Below are positions 56,249 to 64,000 of a DNA stretch of 64,000 bases, in pieces. The stretch covers positions 7,906 through 71,905 of the forward strand of contig CAZAKE010000001.1 of assembly GCA_964485495.1 (NCBI GenBank), in the 5' to 3' direction. The position numbers were made by a program, and so were the translations under genes. The stretch is from an uncultured Spirochaetales bacterium. GTDB taxonomy: Bacteria > Spirochaetota > Spirochaetia > CAZAKE01. Within the stretch, counting starts at the first letter, position 1. The number at the start of each line of letters is the position of its first letter. Below the pieces are notes generated by a model that was given only the letters and a program-made list of their open reading frames with translations, was not told the origin of the DNA and ran no database searches.

Positions 56249-56857
56249 TCAGGTACTCCCTCGGAGAAAGTTGTCCAGAATTCGCAACCCTACCGGACCC
56301 GACTTTTCCGGATGGAACTGGGTGGCGGTGATGCTCCCCGATCGAATGGCAGAGGCAAATTCGATTCCGTACTCGGTCCTGCCGATCACGGCCTCTGAAT
56401 CCAGCGGCTCCGGATAATAGGAGTGCACGAAGTAACAGGAACATCCCGCGGGGAGCCCCGTGAATATTCCCGTCCCGTCGTGGTCGACCCGGTTCCAACC
56501 CATGTGCGGCACCTTCAGACCCGTGCCGGCGGCAAACCGCCGTACCCTGCCGGAGATCAGACCGAGACACCGGGTATCTCCCTCCTCGGATAGATCGAGG
56601 AGTACCTGACATCCGACGCAGATACCAAGAACCGGTTTCCCGGAGTCTGCGAAATCTCGAATCACCTGATCGAGCCGCGTTCTGCGAAGCACACGCATCG
56701 CGGCGGCGGCTTCCCCCACCCCTGGAAATACGAGTTTGTCCGTCTCTGCCAAACGTACGGGATCGTCGGACACGAGGAATTCGGCACCAAGGTGCAGTAG
56801 CGCCGTTTCCACGCTGCGCAGGTTCCCGGCCTCGTAATCGACTACCCCGACCTTCAT
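56249..56857 (-). CDS. hisH: Imidazole glycerol phosphate synthase glutaminase subunit
   Basis: DYEAGNLRSV, FPGVG, LGICVG, VPHMGWN, YFVHSYY, QFHPEKS. Confidence 0.96.
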   Translation of the reverse strand: MKVGVVDYEAGNLRSVETALLHLGAEFLVSDDPVRLAETDKLVFPGVGEAAAAMRVLRRTRLDQVIRDFADSGKPVLGICVGCQVLLDLSEEGDTRCLGLISGRVRRFAAGTGLKVPHMGWNRVDHDGTGIFTGLPAGCSCYFVHSYYPEPLDSEAVIGRTEYGIEFASAIRSGSITATQFHPEKSGPVGLRILDNFLRGST

Positions 56858-57801
56858 ACGAACCCTCCGGTCCGTGCCATGAGTTGCAGCAGCAGATCGA
56901 GGAGTTCATCGTCGGAGAAGCGGATTCCCCCAAGATTCACCTCGGTTCCGTCGCTCTCGATCGTAGATTCCTGCATGAACGCCTTGAGGGTCGCCATGCC
57001 ACGTTCCCTCATCACCGACACCATCAGTAACCGCAACAGTTTGGTGAAGGTGGCGGCGTCCTTTTCGCTGGTCATACCCAAACTGCCGGAGAGCACGTAT
57101 TCATCCCCCTCGTGGGAAGCCCTGAGGAGGATTCCATCGAATTTCATCCTGCCGGGATCTATGGGAAGTCCCTCCAGGATCCCCGTAGGAAGGGACGGCA
57201 TGAACAGAGCCATGTCGGCACCCATGAGATCGATAACCACTTCGGGAGGAACCGAACCGGTAGCTCCCGAATAGTACCGGGCAACAGGATCGGCGATGTC
57301 GCCGTTCGATATGCACAGAATCGATTCATCCGCGGCCCACATGGAAACACCTGAGATCTCATCGGACCACCATGTCACCCGTTCCAGTCCGGGGGCCGGT
57401 CGCCCACGGTAACGTTCCAACTCGCCGGAGGCGGAGAGCCCGAGATTCACGAGAGAACTTGGAAACTGCCCCCTGGCCACGACAGTGTATTCCGGGTCGC
57501 CGGAGAGATTTCCGATTCCCGCGGTAACCCGCGTCATTCTCTCGAGAACCGTCTCCATACCCTCGGGGTCCTGTCCCATCGCGACGGTGAAACGGCCGAC
57601 CAACAAGCGGTTCGCCTGAATGTCGATACCGAAATAGAGGTCGCAACCCATCGGAAGCAGATCAACATCATCGGCCGGCTGCCGTTCGGGAACGCCGGCA
57701 CATCCGACCGCCAACAGCAGCACCGCCGCCGGCAGAACCATCCAATAGTGCAACCGCCGCCGCTGCGTGCGGCTCCGGGGTGTATATACTCTGTTCATCA
57801 T
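56854..57801 (-). CDS. Hypothetical lipoprotein
   Basis: Basic N-terminus, hydrophobic core and lipobox LAVG-C; ATGA overlaps with ileS and hisH. Confidence 0.72.
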   Translation of the reverse strand: MMNRVYTPRSRTQRRRLHYWMVLPAAVLLLAVGCAGVPERQPADDVDLLPMGCDLYFGIDIQANRLLVGRFTVAMGQDPEGMETVLERMTRVTAGIGNLSGDPEYTVVARGQFPSSLVNLGLSASGELERYRGRPAPGLERVTWWSDEISGVSMWAADESILCISNGDIADPVARYYSGATGSVPPEVVIDLMGADMALFMPSLPTGILEGLPIDPGRMKFDGILLRASHEGDEYVLSGSLGMTSEKDAATFTKLLRLLMVSVMRERGMATLKAFMQESTIESDGTEVNLGGIRFSDDELLDLLLQLMARTGGFV

Positions 57802-60800
57802 TCAACCTGCTCTTCAGCCACTCGCGTATCGGTGTGCGGCTCCTCGATCCTCTCGATTGCTACGTGACACTTTTCGTTCCCGCACTCGATCTCGGTCCAT
57901 CCATTTTGCGTTTGATCGGCACAGTCATCGGCCCCGGATACCCAACTCCATGAGACGGCAAGGGTCTCCTCGGTGAGGTGTTCCTGGAAGAAGGTTACCG
58001 CCTCGAGGAGCGTGTCACTCCCTGAGAGCCGCAGAACGATTCGGTCTGTGACGTTCAGGCCTCTCTCCTTCCGTAGATTCTGGATACCCCTGACAAGATC
58101 CCGGATCGTCCCCTCCTGTTCCAGCTCTTTGGTGATCTCGGGATCGAGGGCGACGGTGAGAGACCCCTCGTTCAGCACCTTGAGGTTCGCCTTCTCGAAG
58201 CGCTGCACCACCACGCTGTCTCGGGTAAGTTCCAACGGCTCCCGGCCTTCGAGTTCGATCGAGAGCGTAGATCCCTCCAGCAAGGTTACGATCTCCTGCA
58301 TGCCCAGCGCTTCTATCTGGGTGGCTGCAGCCTTCATGAATTTTCCAAGTTCTCGTCCCAGGACCTTGTAGTTGGCCTTGGCCTTGTACTCGACCAGCTC
58401 CTCCTCGTTCTCCCGGAAGACCACATCCTTGACGTTCAGCTCCTCCCGAATGATATCCTCCATCTCCCGGAGGACCTTCTTCTCCTCTGGATCCTTGGTG
58501 ACCAGGTGGATGGCCTTGAGCGGCTGACGGGTCTTCAGGGAGTGCATCGCCCGCAAGGCCCTCCCCATGGAGACCGTCTGCCTGGTGACGGCCATCTTCC
58601 TCTCAAGCTCGTGGTCCCGCTTGGCCTCGTCGGGCTGCGGATAGTCACACAGGTGCACCGATTCGGGGAAGTCCTCAGGACGAAGGTTGCGATAGATCTC
58701 CTCGGTGATAAACGGCACGATGGGCGCGGCCACGGTGACGAGTCTGAGGAGGACCGCATAAAGGGTCTGGTAGGCCTGCTCCTTGTCGGCATCGTTCTCG
58801 GAGCGCCAGAAACGCCGCCTCGAGCGCCTGATGTACCAGTTGTTCAGAGAGTCTATGAAGTCGACGATGGGTTGGATCGCCTTCTGCAGGTCCAGGGCGT
58901 CGAGTTGGGCGGCGGTTTCGCCGGTGAGGTTCTCGACCTCGGAGAGGACCCAGCGGTCAAGCGGGTTTTCCGGGCTTTCGGGGGCCCCTGTCGGCCGGAT
59001 ACCGTCGATAGTGGCGTAGGTGACGAAGAAGCTGTATGAGTTCCACAGGGGAATCAGGATACTCTTGAGCACCTCCTTGACCCCGTCGTCGGAATAGCGT
59101 AGGTCTTCGGCCCTGACGATGGCCGAGTTCATCAGAAACAGCCTGAGGGCGTCGGCGCCGAACTGGTCCATAATCTCCGACGGGTCGGAGTAGTTTCGCT
59201 CCGACTTGGACATCTTCTTGCCGTCCTCGGCCAGAACCAGACCGTTCACCACAACCTGCTTGAAGGCTCGATCGTCGAAGAGGGCCGCCGCGAGGATGGT
59301 CAGGGTGTAGAACCAGCCCCTTGTCTGATCGATTCCTTCCGAGATGAAATCGGCGGGAAAATTCGCCTCGAAGTGTTCCTTGTTTTCGAAGGGATAGTGG
59401 TTCTGGGCGTAGGGCATGGAGCCCGACTCGAACCAGCAATCCAGCACCTCCGGTATCCGCCGCATCGTACCACCGCACTCGCAACTGTAGGTAATCTCGT
59501 CGACGAAGTGCTTGTGCAGGTCCTCGGGGTATGTTCCCGACTTCTCCTTCAGCTCCCGGCGGGAACCGATACACTCCAGGGAATCACAGGAATCGCAGCG
59601 CCAGATGGGGATGGGATTTCCCCAGTACCGGTTGCGGGAGATGGCCCAGTCTCGGGCGCCTTCCAGCCACTTACCGAAGCGCCCCTCCTTGAGGTGGTCG
59701 GGGACCCAGTAGATCTTGTCGTTCGCCGCCAACATGGATCGCTTGATCCTGTCGATCTTCACGAACCAGGAGGAGATGGCCCGGTAGATCAGGGGAGACT
59801 TGCAGCGCCAGCAGTGGGGGTAGCTGTGCAGATACTGGTCACGTTTGACCAGCTTGCCCTCGTCCCGCAGCCGGCGAATGATATCCTTGTCCGCGTCTTT
59901 GACGAATACTCCCTGCCATGCGTCCACCTCGGCGGTGAACCGGCACTCCTCGTCTATCGGGCAGACCGTGGGAATCTCGGTGTCCTTGAGGGTGTTGTAA
60001 TCGTCCTCGCCGAATCCCGGGGCTGTGTGGACGATGCCCGTGCCTTCGTCGGTGGTGACGTAGTCGGCCGTGAAGGTCCGGAAGGCACCCTTCTCCGCTA
60101 GATCAGCGAAGAAGGGGAACAGGGGCTCATACTCGAGACCCGCATACTCGGTTCCGAGCTTCTCCTCCACGATCTCATACTCCGATTCGTCCTTGTAGTA
60201 GTCGTGGACCAGATCCTTGGCCATGATGTAGTACTCATCACCGTCCTTCACCGTTACATAGGATATCGCGGGACCAAAGGCCAGGGCCAGGTTTGACGGC
60301 AGGGTCCAGGGAGTAGTGGTCCAGGCGATGATATAGGTGTTCGCATTGCCCTTCACCTTGAATCGTACGGTGATGGCCGGATCGTGTACATCCTGATATC
60401 CGCCGAGATTCAACTCGTGGTTGGAGAGGACGGTGGAACAACGGGCGCAGTACGGCAGGATGTAGTATCCTTCGTACATGTGGCCCTTGTCCCACAGCTG
60501 CTTGACCACCCACCAGATCGACTCCATATAATCCGGTTCCATGGTCTTGTAGTCGTTCTCGAAGTCGACCCAGCGGCCGCTCCGAGTCATGACCTGCTCC
60601 CACTCCTTGGTATATCTGAGGACGATGGAACGGCAGGACTCGTTGAACTCGGCGATGCCGAACTCTTCGATCTCCTTCTTTCCGGAGATACCCAGTTCCT
60701 TCTCCATCTCGTACTCCACCGGGAGCCCATGGCAATCCCAGCCGAAGCGGCGATCAACCTTCATGCCCCGCATGGTCTTGTAGCGGGGGATGATGTCCTT

Positions 60801-61007
60801 GATGGTACCGGGAACGAAGTGGCCGAAATGGGGAAGGCCGGTTGCAAAGGGAGGACCGTCATAGAACACGAACTCCTCCCGGCCGTCTCGCTGCTCTATC
60901 GAGCGTTTGAAGATCCCCTGTTCCTCCCAGAACCGGAGGATCTCCTCCTCCATACCGGGAAAATCGACTTTGGGGTCTACGGGATTAAACAAAACGTCCT
61001 CCTTCAT
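57798..61007 (-). CDS. ileS: Isoleucyl-tRNA synthetase (type 2)
   Basis: YDGPPFATGLPHFGH, FGWDCHGLP, WTTTPWTLPSN, ISRNRYWG, KMSKS; IleRS2-type C-terminus. Confidence 0.98.
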   Translation of the reverse strand: MKEDVLFNPVDPKVDFPGMEEEILRFWEEQGIFKRSIEQRDGREEFVFYDGPPFATGLPHFGHFVPGTIKDIIPRYKTMRGMKVDRRFGWDCHGLPVEYEMEKELGISGKKEIEEFGIAEFNESCRSIVLRYTKEWEQVMTRSGRWVDFENDYKTMEPDYMESIWWVVKQLWDKGHMYEGYYILPYCARCSTVLSNHELNLGGYQDVHDPAITVRFKVKGNANTYIIAWTTTPWTLPSNLALAFGPAISYVTVKDGDEYYIMAKDLVHDYYKDESEYEIVEEKLGTEYAGLEYEPLFPFFADLAEKGAFRTFTADYVTTDEGTGIVHTAPGFGEDDYNTLKDTEIPTVCPIDEECRFTAEVDAWQGVFVKDADKDIIRRLRDEGKLVKRDQYLHSYPHCWRCKSPLIYRAISSWFVKIDRIKRSMLAANDKIYWVPDHLKEGRFGKWLEGARDWAISRNRYWGNPIPIWRCDSCDSLECIGSRRELKEKSGTYPEDLHKHFVDEITYSCECGGTMRRIPEVLDCWFESGSMPYAQNHYPFENKEHFEANFPADFISEGIDQTRGWFYTLTILAAALFDDRAFKQVVVNGLVLAEDGKKMSKSERNYSDPSEIMDQFGADALRLFLMNSAIVRAEDLRYSDDGVKEVLKSILIPLWNSYSFFVTYATIDGIRPTGAPESPENPLDRWVLSEVENLTGETAAQLDALDLQKAIQPIVDFIDSLNNWYIRRSRRRFWRSENDADKEQAYQTLYAVLLRLVTVAAPIVPFITEEIYRNLRPEDFPESVHLCDYPQPDEAKRDHELERKMAVTRQTVSMGRALRAMHSLKTRQPLKAIHLVTKDPEEKKVLREMEDIIREELNVKDVVFRENEEELVEYKAKANYKVLGRELGKFMKAAATQIEALGMQEIVTLLEGSTLSIELEGREPLELTRDSVVVQRFEKANLKVLNEGSLTVALDPEITKELEQEGTIRDLVRGIQNLRKERGLNVTDRIVLRLSGSDTLLEAVTFFQEHLTEETLAVSWSWVSGADDCADQTQNGWTEIECGNEKCHVAIERIEEPHTDTRVAEEQVE

Positions 61008-63676
61008 GACAACTGCTCTAGATACCGGGCGACCTTCTCCAGGCGTCCTTCAAACTCATCCATCTTCTGTCGCTCCTTCTCGACGACGTCCGCAGGCGCG
61101 TTCTCGAGAAACTTCTCATTCGCAAGTTTCCGCTGCGTGCCCTCAACCAGACCGGAAAGTTTCTCTCGCTCCCTTCCGAGCTTCTCCACCTCACGGGGCA
61201 CATCAATGGCCTCGCGTATGTCCACGTAGGCTTCGAAACCGTTCCCCGCCACGGGGATGCTGCCGTTGCCGGGCGGTAGCGTATCGCCGAACTCCAGAGT
61301 CGAAGCACCCACCAGCGCGGTGATGAGTGCGCCGTGATCACGGAAGAAATCGCCGTGTGAGAACCCCGAGTCCAGCTTCACGTACACGCCGGCCCTCCGC
61401 TCGGGTGGTATGGTGAACTCGCTGCGCAGGGTCCGCACCGACCGTATCAGCTCCTGGAGAGCGGTGAAACACCGGTTCACCTGCGGCGCGTCCCGTCTGG
61501 GGTCTTCCGCGGGGTAGTCTGCACGAATCAGGGAGCCTTCGACTCCGGGCAGCTTCCCGTAGATCTCCTCCGTGACGAAGGAGAGGAAGGGATGCATCAG
61601 ACGCAGCGATTCCTCCAGGATACTCAGGAGGATCGTGATAGCCCGGTTCTTCTCCGCTTCGTCTTCGGAGTAGAGGCTGAGCTTGGAGGCCTCGACATAC
61701 CAGTCACAGAAATCATTCCAGAAGAACTCGTATACCGCGGAGGCTCCGTCGTTGAACCGGTACGACTCGACGGCCCGGCGGGTTGCCTTCACCGCCTCAT
61801 TGAGCCGGTGGTAGATCCAACGATCCAGGTGGGTATATTCGATTGCGCCGGCCGGCATCAGTTCTCGCCCCTCGAGGTTCATCAGGAGGTACCGGGTGGC
61901 GTTCCAGACCTTGTTGGCGAATTTAGATCCCAGCTTGAAACTCTCCTTGTCGATGAGCACATCCTGACCCTGGGCCGCCAGGAAACAGAGAGTAAACTTC
62001 ATCGCGTCCGCGCCGTAGGCTTCCACGATCTCCAGGGGATCGATGCCGTTCCCCAGGGACTTGGACATCTTGCGTCCCTGCTTGTCTCTCACCAGGCCGG
62101 TGATATAGATGTCTCGGAAGGGCACCTCCCCCATGAACTCGAGTCCGGCCATGATCATCCTGGAAACCCAGAAGAAGATGATATCATACCCGGTCACCAG
62201 TGCGCTGGTTGGGTAGAATGTCTCGAGGTCTTTGGTCTCTTCGGGCCACCCCAGGGTCGAAAAGGGCCATAACCAGGAGGAAAACCAGGTATCCAGGACG
62301 TCTTCGTCCTGCCGGATCTGCGTGCCTCCGCAGCCTTCGCACGCTGTGGGGTCCTCCTTGGCGACGGTCATGTGATCACACTCGGCGCAGTACCACACCG
62401 GGATGCGATGTCCCCACCACAACTGCCGGGAGATGCACCAGTCGCGGATGTTCCGCAGCCAGTGGGTGTAGGTATTCTCCCACTTACGGGGAAAGAACTC
62501 GATCTCGCCCTTCTCCCAGGCGGCCAAGGCCTTTGCGGCCAGGGGCCGCATCCTCACGAACCACTGCTCGGAGATGTACGGTTCGATAGCGGTGTTGCAG
62601 CGGTAGCAGTGCCCCACCTGGTGGACATGCTCCGTATCGTCTACGTAAACACCCGATTCCTTCAGGTCCGCCACCATCCGCTTGCGGGCTTCCTTCACGG
62701 CCAACCCTCTATACGGTTCGGGAACCGAGTCATTCAGGGTACCGTTCGGGTTCAGGATGTTGATCCGCTCGAGATCGTGACGCTCGCCGATGGCCCAGTC
62801 ATTGGCATCGTGGGCGGGCGTGACCTTTACCGCTCCGGTTCCGAACTCCCGATCGACGAAGGTGTCCGCCACGATGGGGATGGTGCGGCCGGTGAGAGGC
62901 AGGTCCACGGTTTTACCGACCAATCCCGCGTATCGCTCGTCCTCCGGATGGACCGCCACCGCGGTGTCTCCGAGCATGGTCTCCGGTCTGGTGGTGGCGA
63001 TCATGAGCTTCCCGGAACCATCGCTCAAGGGGTAGTAGTATCGGTACATCCGGCCGCTGATCTCCCGGTGTTCAACCTCGTCGTCGGAGAGGGCCGTGCC
63101 GCAGGAGGAGCACCAGTTGACCAGATACTCGCCTCGGTAGATCTGCCCGCTCTCGTACAGCCGCACGAAGACCTCACGCACGGCCCGGGACAAGCCTTCG
63201 TCCAAGGTGAACCGTTCCCTGGACCAGTCGCAGGAGGCACCGATCTTGCGGAGCTGCCGGGTGATGATCCCGTGATGCTCCTCCTTGATCTTCCAAGTCT
63301 CCTCGACGAACTTGTCTCTGCCGATCTCACGGCGGTTGGTTCCCCGTTCCCGGAGCTTCCGTTCTACCACGTTCTGAGTGGCGATGCCCGCGTGGTCCGT
63401 GCCGGGCACCCAAAGGGTCGGTCTGCCGACCATGCGGTAATACCTGATGAGGATGTCCTGCAGGGCGTTGTTCAGCCCGTGCCCCATGTGGAGCACACCG
63501 GTGACGTTGGGTGGCGGTATGACGATCACGAAGGGATCGCCGCCACGCTCTCCGTCTCTGCCTGAATCGTCGGAGCCGTCCGAAGGTCGGAATGCCCCCT
63601 GCTTTTCCCAGCGGGAGTAGATGCGGTCCTCGAATTCCTGGGGATTGTATGCCTTGGGTAGTTCGATATTCTTCAT
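61004..63676 (-). CDS. valS: Valyl-tRNA synthetase
   Basis: PPPNVTGVLHMGH, GTDHAGIATQ, TTRPET, DWCISRQLWWGH, KMSKS, C-terminal coiled coil; SD GAGGAG before MKNIELP. Confidence 0.98.
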   Translation of the reverse strand: MKNIELPKAYNPQEFEDRIYSRWEKQGAFRPSDGSDDSGRDGERGGDPFVIVIPPPNVTGVLHMGHGLNNALQDILIRYYRMVGRPTLWVPGTDHAGIATQNVVERKLRERGTNRREIGRDKFVEETWKIKEEHHGIITRQLRKIGASCDWSRERFTLDEGLSRAVREVFVRLYESGQIYRGEYLVNWCSSCGTALSDDEVEHREISGRMYRYYYPLSDGSGKLMIATTRPETMLGDTAVAVHPEDERYAGLVGKTVDLPLTGRTIPIVADTFVDREFGTGAVKVTPAHDANDWAIGERHDLERINILNPNGTLNDSVPEPYRGLAVKEARKRMVADLKESGVYVDDTEHVHQVGHCYRCNTAIEPYISEQWFVRMRPLAAKALAAWEKGEIEFFPRKWENTYTHWLRNIRDWCISRQLWWGHRIPVWYCAECDHMTVAKEDPTACEGCGGTQIRQDEDVLDTWFSSWLWPFSTLGWPEETKDLETFYPTSALVTGYDIIFFWVSRMIMAGLEFMGEVPFRDIYITGLVRDKQGRKMSKSLGNGIDPLEIVEAYGADAMKFTLCFLAAQGQDVLIDKESFKLGSKFANKVWNATRYLLMNLEGRELMPAGAIEYTHLDRWIYHRLNEAVKATRRAVESYRFNDGASAVYEFFWNDFCDWYVEASKLSLYSEDEAEKNRAITILLSILEESLRLMHPFLSFVTEEIYGKLPGVEGSLIRADYPAEDPRRDAPQVNRCFTALQELIRSVRTLRSEFTIPPERRAGVYVKLDSGFSHGDFFRDHGALITALVGASTLEFGDTLPPGNGSIPVAGNGFEAYVDIREAIDVPREVEKLGREREKLSGLVEGTQRKLANEKFLENAPADVVEKERQKMDEFEGRLEKVARYLEQLS

Positions 63677-63761
63677 GGTATTCTCCTCGGAACGGGCCGA
63701 AGTAAAATCCGGATTCCCCGATCGGCCGGACGCGAATTCGTGATTTACTCCGGAGAAACGC

Positions 63762-63790
63762 ATACTACCAAAAAAGGGGGGACGATTCAA
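63762..63790 (-). promoter_or_regulatory. Predicted valS operon promoter TTGAAT-N17-TAGTAT with extended -10 (TGG)
   Basis: -35 at 63790-63785, -10 at 63767-63762. Confidence 0.6.
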
Positions 63791-63948
63791 GGAAGGATCC
63801 GATTTCGACCACAAAAACCGGGTTCAAGAAAATAGCAATTTCGAGAAGGCGACGCATCGACCTCTGTCTATACGGAATCACTGAGGGGTCTCGCACGGTC
63901 TCCATGGGGTATTTCCGAACGGTAGGATTGCTGAAACTCGAGAGAAAA

Positions 63949-64000
63949 TCAGAGATTCCGCATGGAGCCCTGCTTCCGCGCTCGTTCGATCTTCTCCATC
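63949..64000 (-). CDS. Possible 3' end of an upstream gene truncated by the window edge (...MEKIERARKQGSMRNL*)
   Basis: A short open frame runs from the edge to TGA at 63951-63949; too short to identify. Confidence 0.25.
   Translation of the reverse strand, partial: MEKIERARKQGSMRNL

Noticed and set aside
57800-63676. Higher GC3 and many long antisense ORFs in ileS/valS as a sign of horizontal transfer
   Set aside because: Core synthetases in a coupled operon with no mobility signatures; strong codon bias explains it, and type-2 IleRS is usual in spirochaetes.
63677-64000. T-box riboswitch upstream of valS-ileS
   Set aside because: No T-box UGGNACC antiterminator motif on the minus strand; the predicted leader is only about 80 nt.

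Overview
A 64 kb, roughly 57% GC, densely coding chromosomal segment. It most likely comes from a free-living anaerobic spirochaete (inference from the long-type GlyA, type-2 IleRS, rnfCDGEAB, two Maf/DUF115 genes and a stand-alone cas2-like gene next to prfB). Most of it is housekeeping: lon, M15 carboxypeptidase, U32/TrhP-like, pcm, glyA under a ZTP (pfl) riboswitch, tsaC, ftsB-like, rnz, mcsA-mcsB-clpC, lolCDE-type ABC transporter, ftsY, CheY-like regulator, frameshifted prfB, GH57, Rnf, pcnB, hrpA, aroB, iscS-like/thiI, hisHF, ileS and valS. I found no tRNA, rRNA, IS element, prophage or CRISPR array. The best leads are: (1) a coupled operon encoding a 1054-aa extremely acidic, disordered protein with four ordered islands, a GAF/GGDEF-like protein and two Maf-type flagellin glycosyltransferases, behind a sigma28-like promoter; (2) an orphan Cas2-like gene with its own consensus promoter upstream of prfB; (3) an McsB with altered catalytic motifs and no ctsR; (4) a 5' UTR built almost entirely of tandem repeats; (5) at least six genes with leaderless promoter geometry and a recurrent TAGTAT -10 box; (6) several probable pseudo-enzymes (GH20-like, GH57, gluzincin-TPR, GGDEF). 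All family calls rest on motif recognition by eye; no database searches were run.
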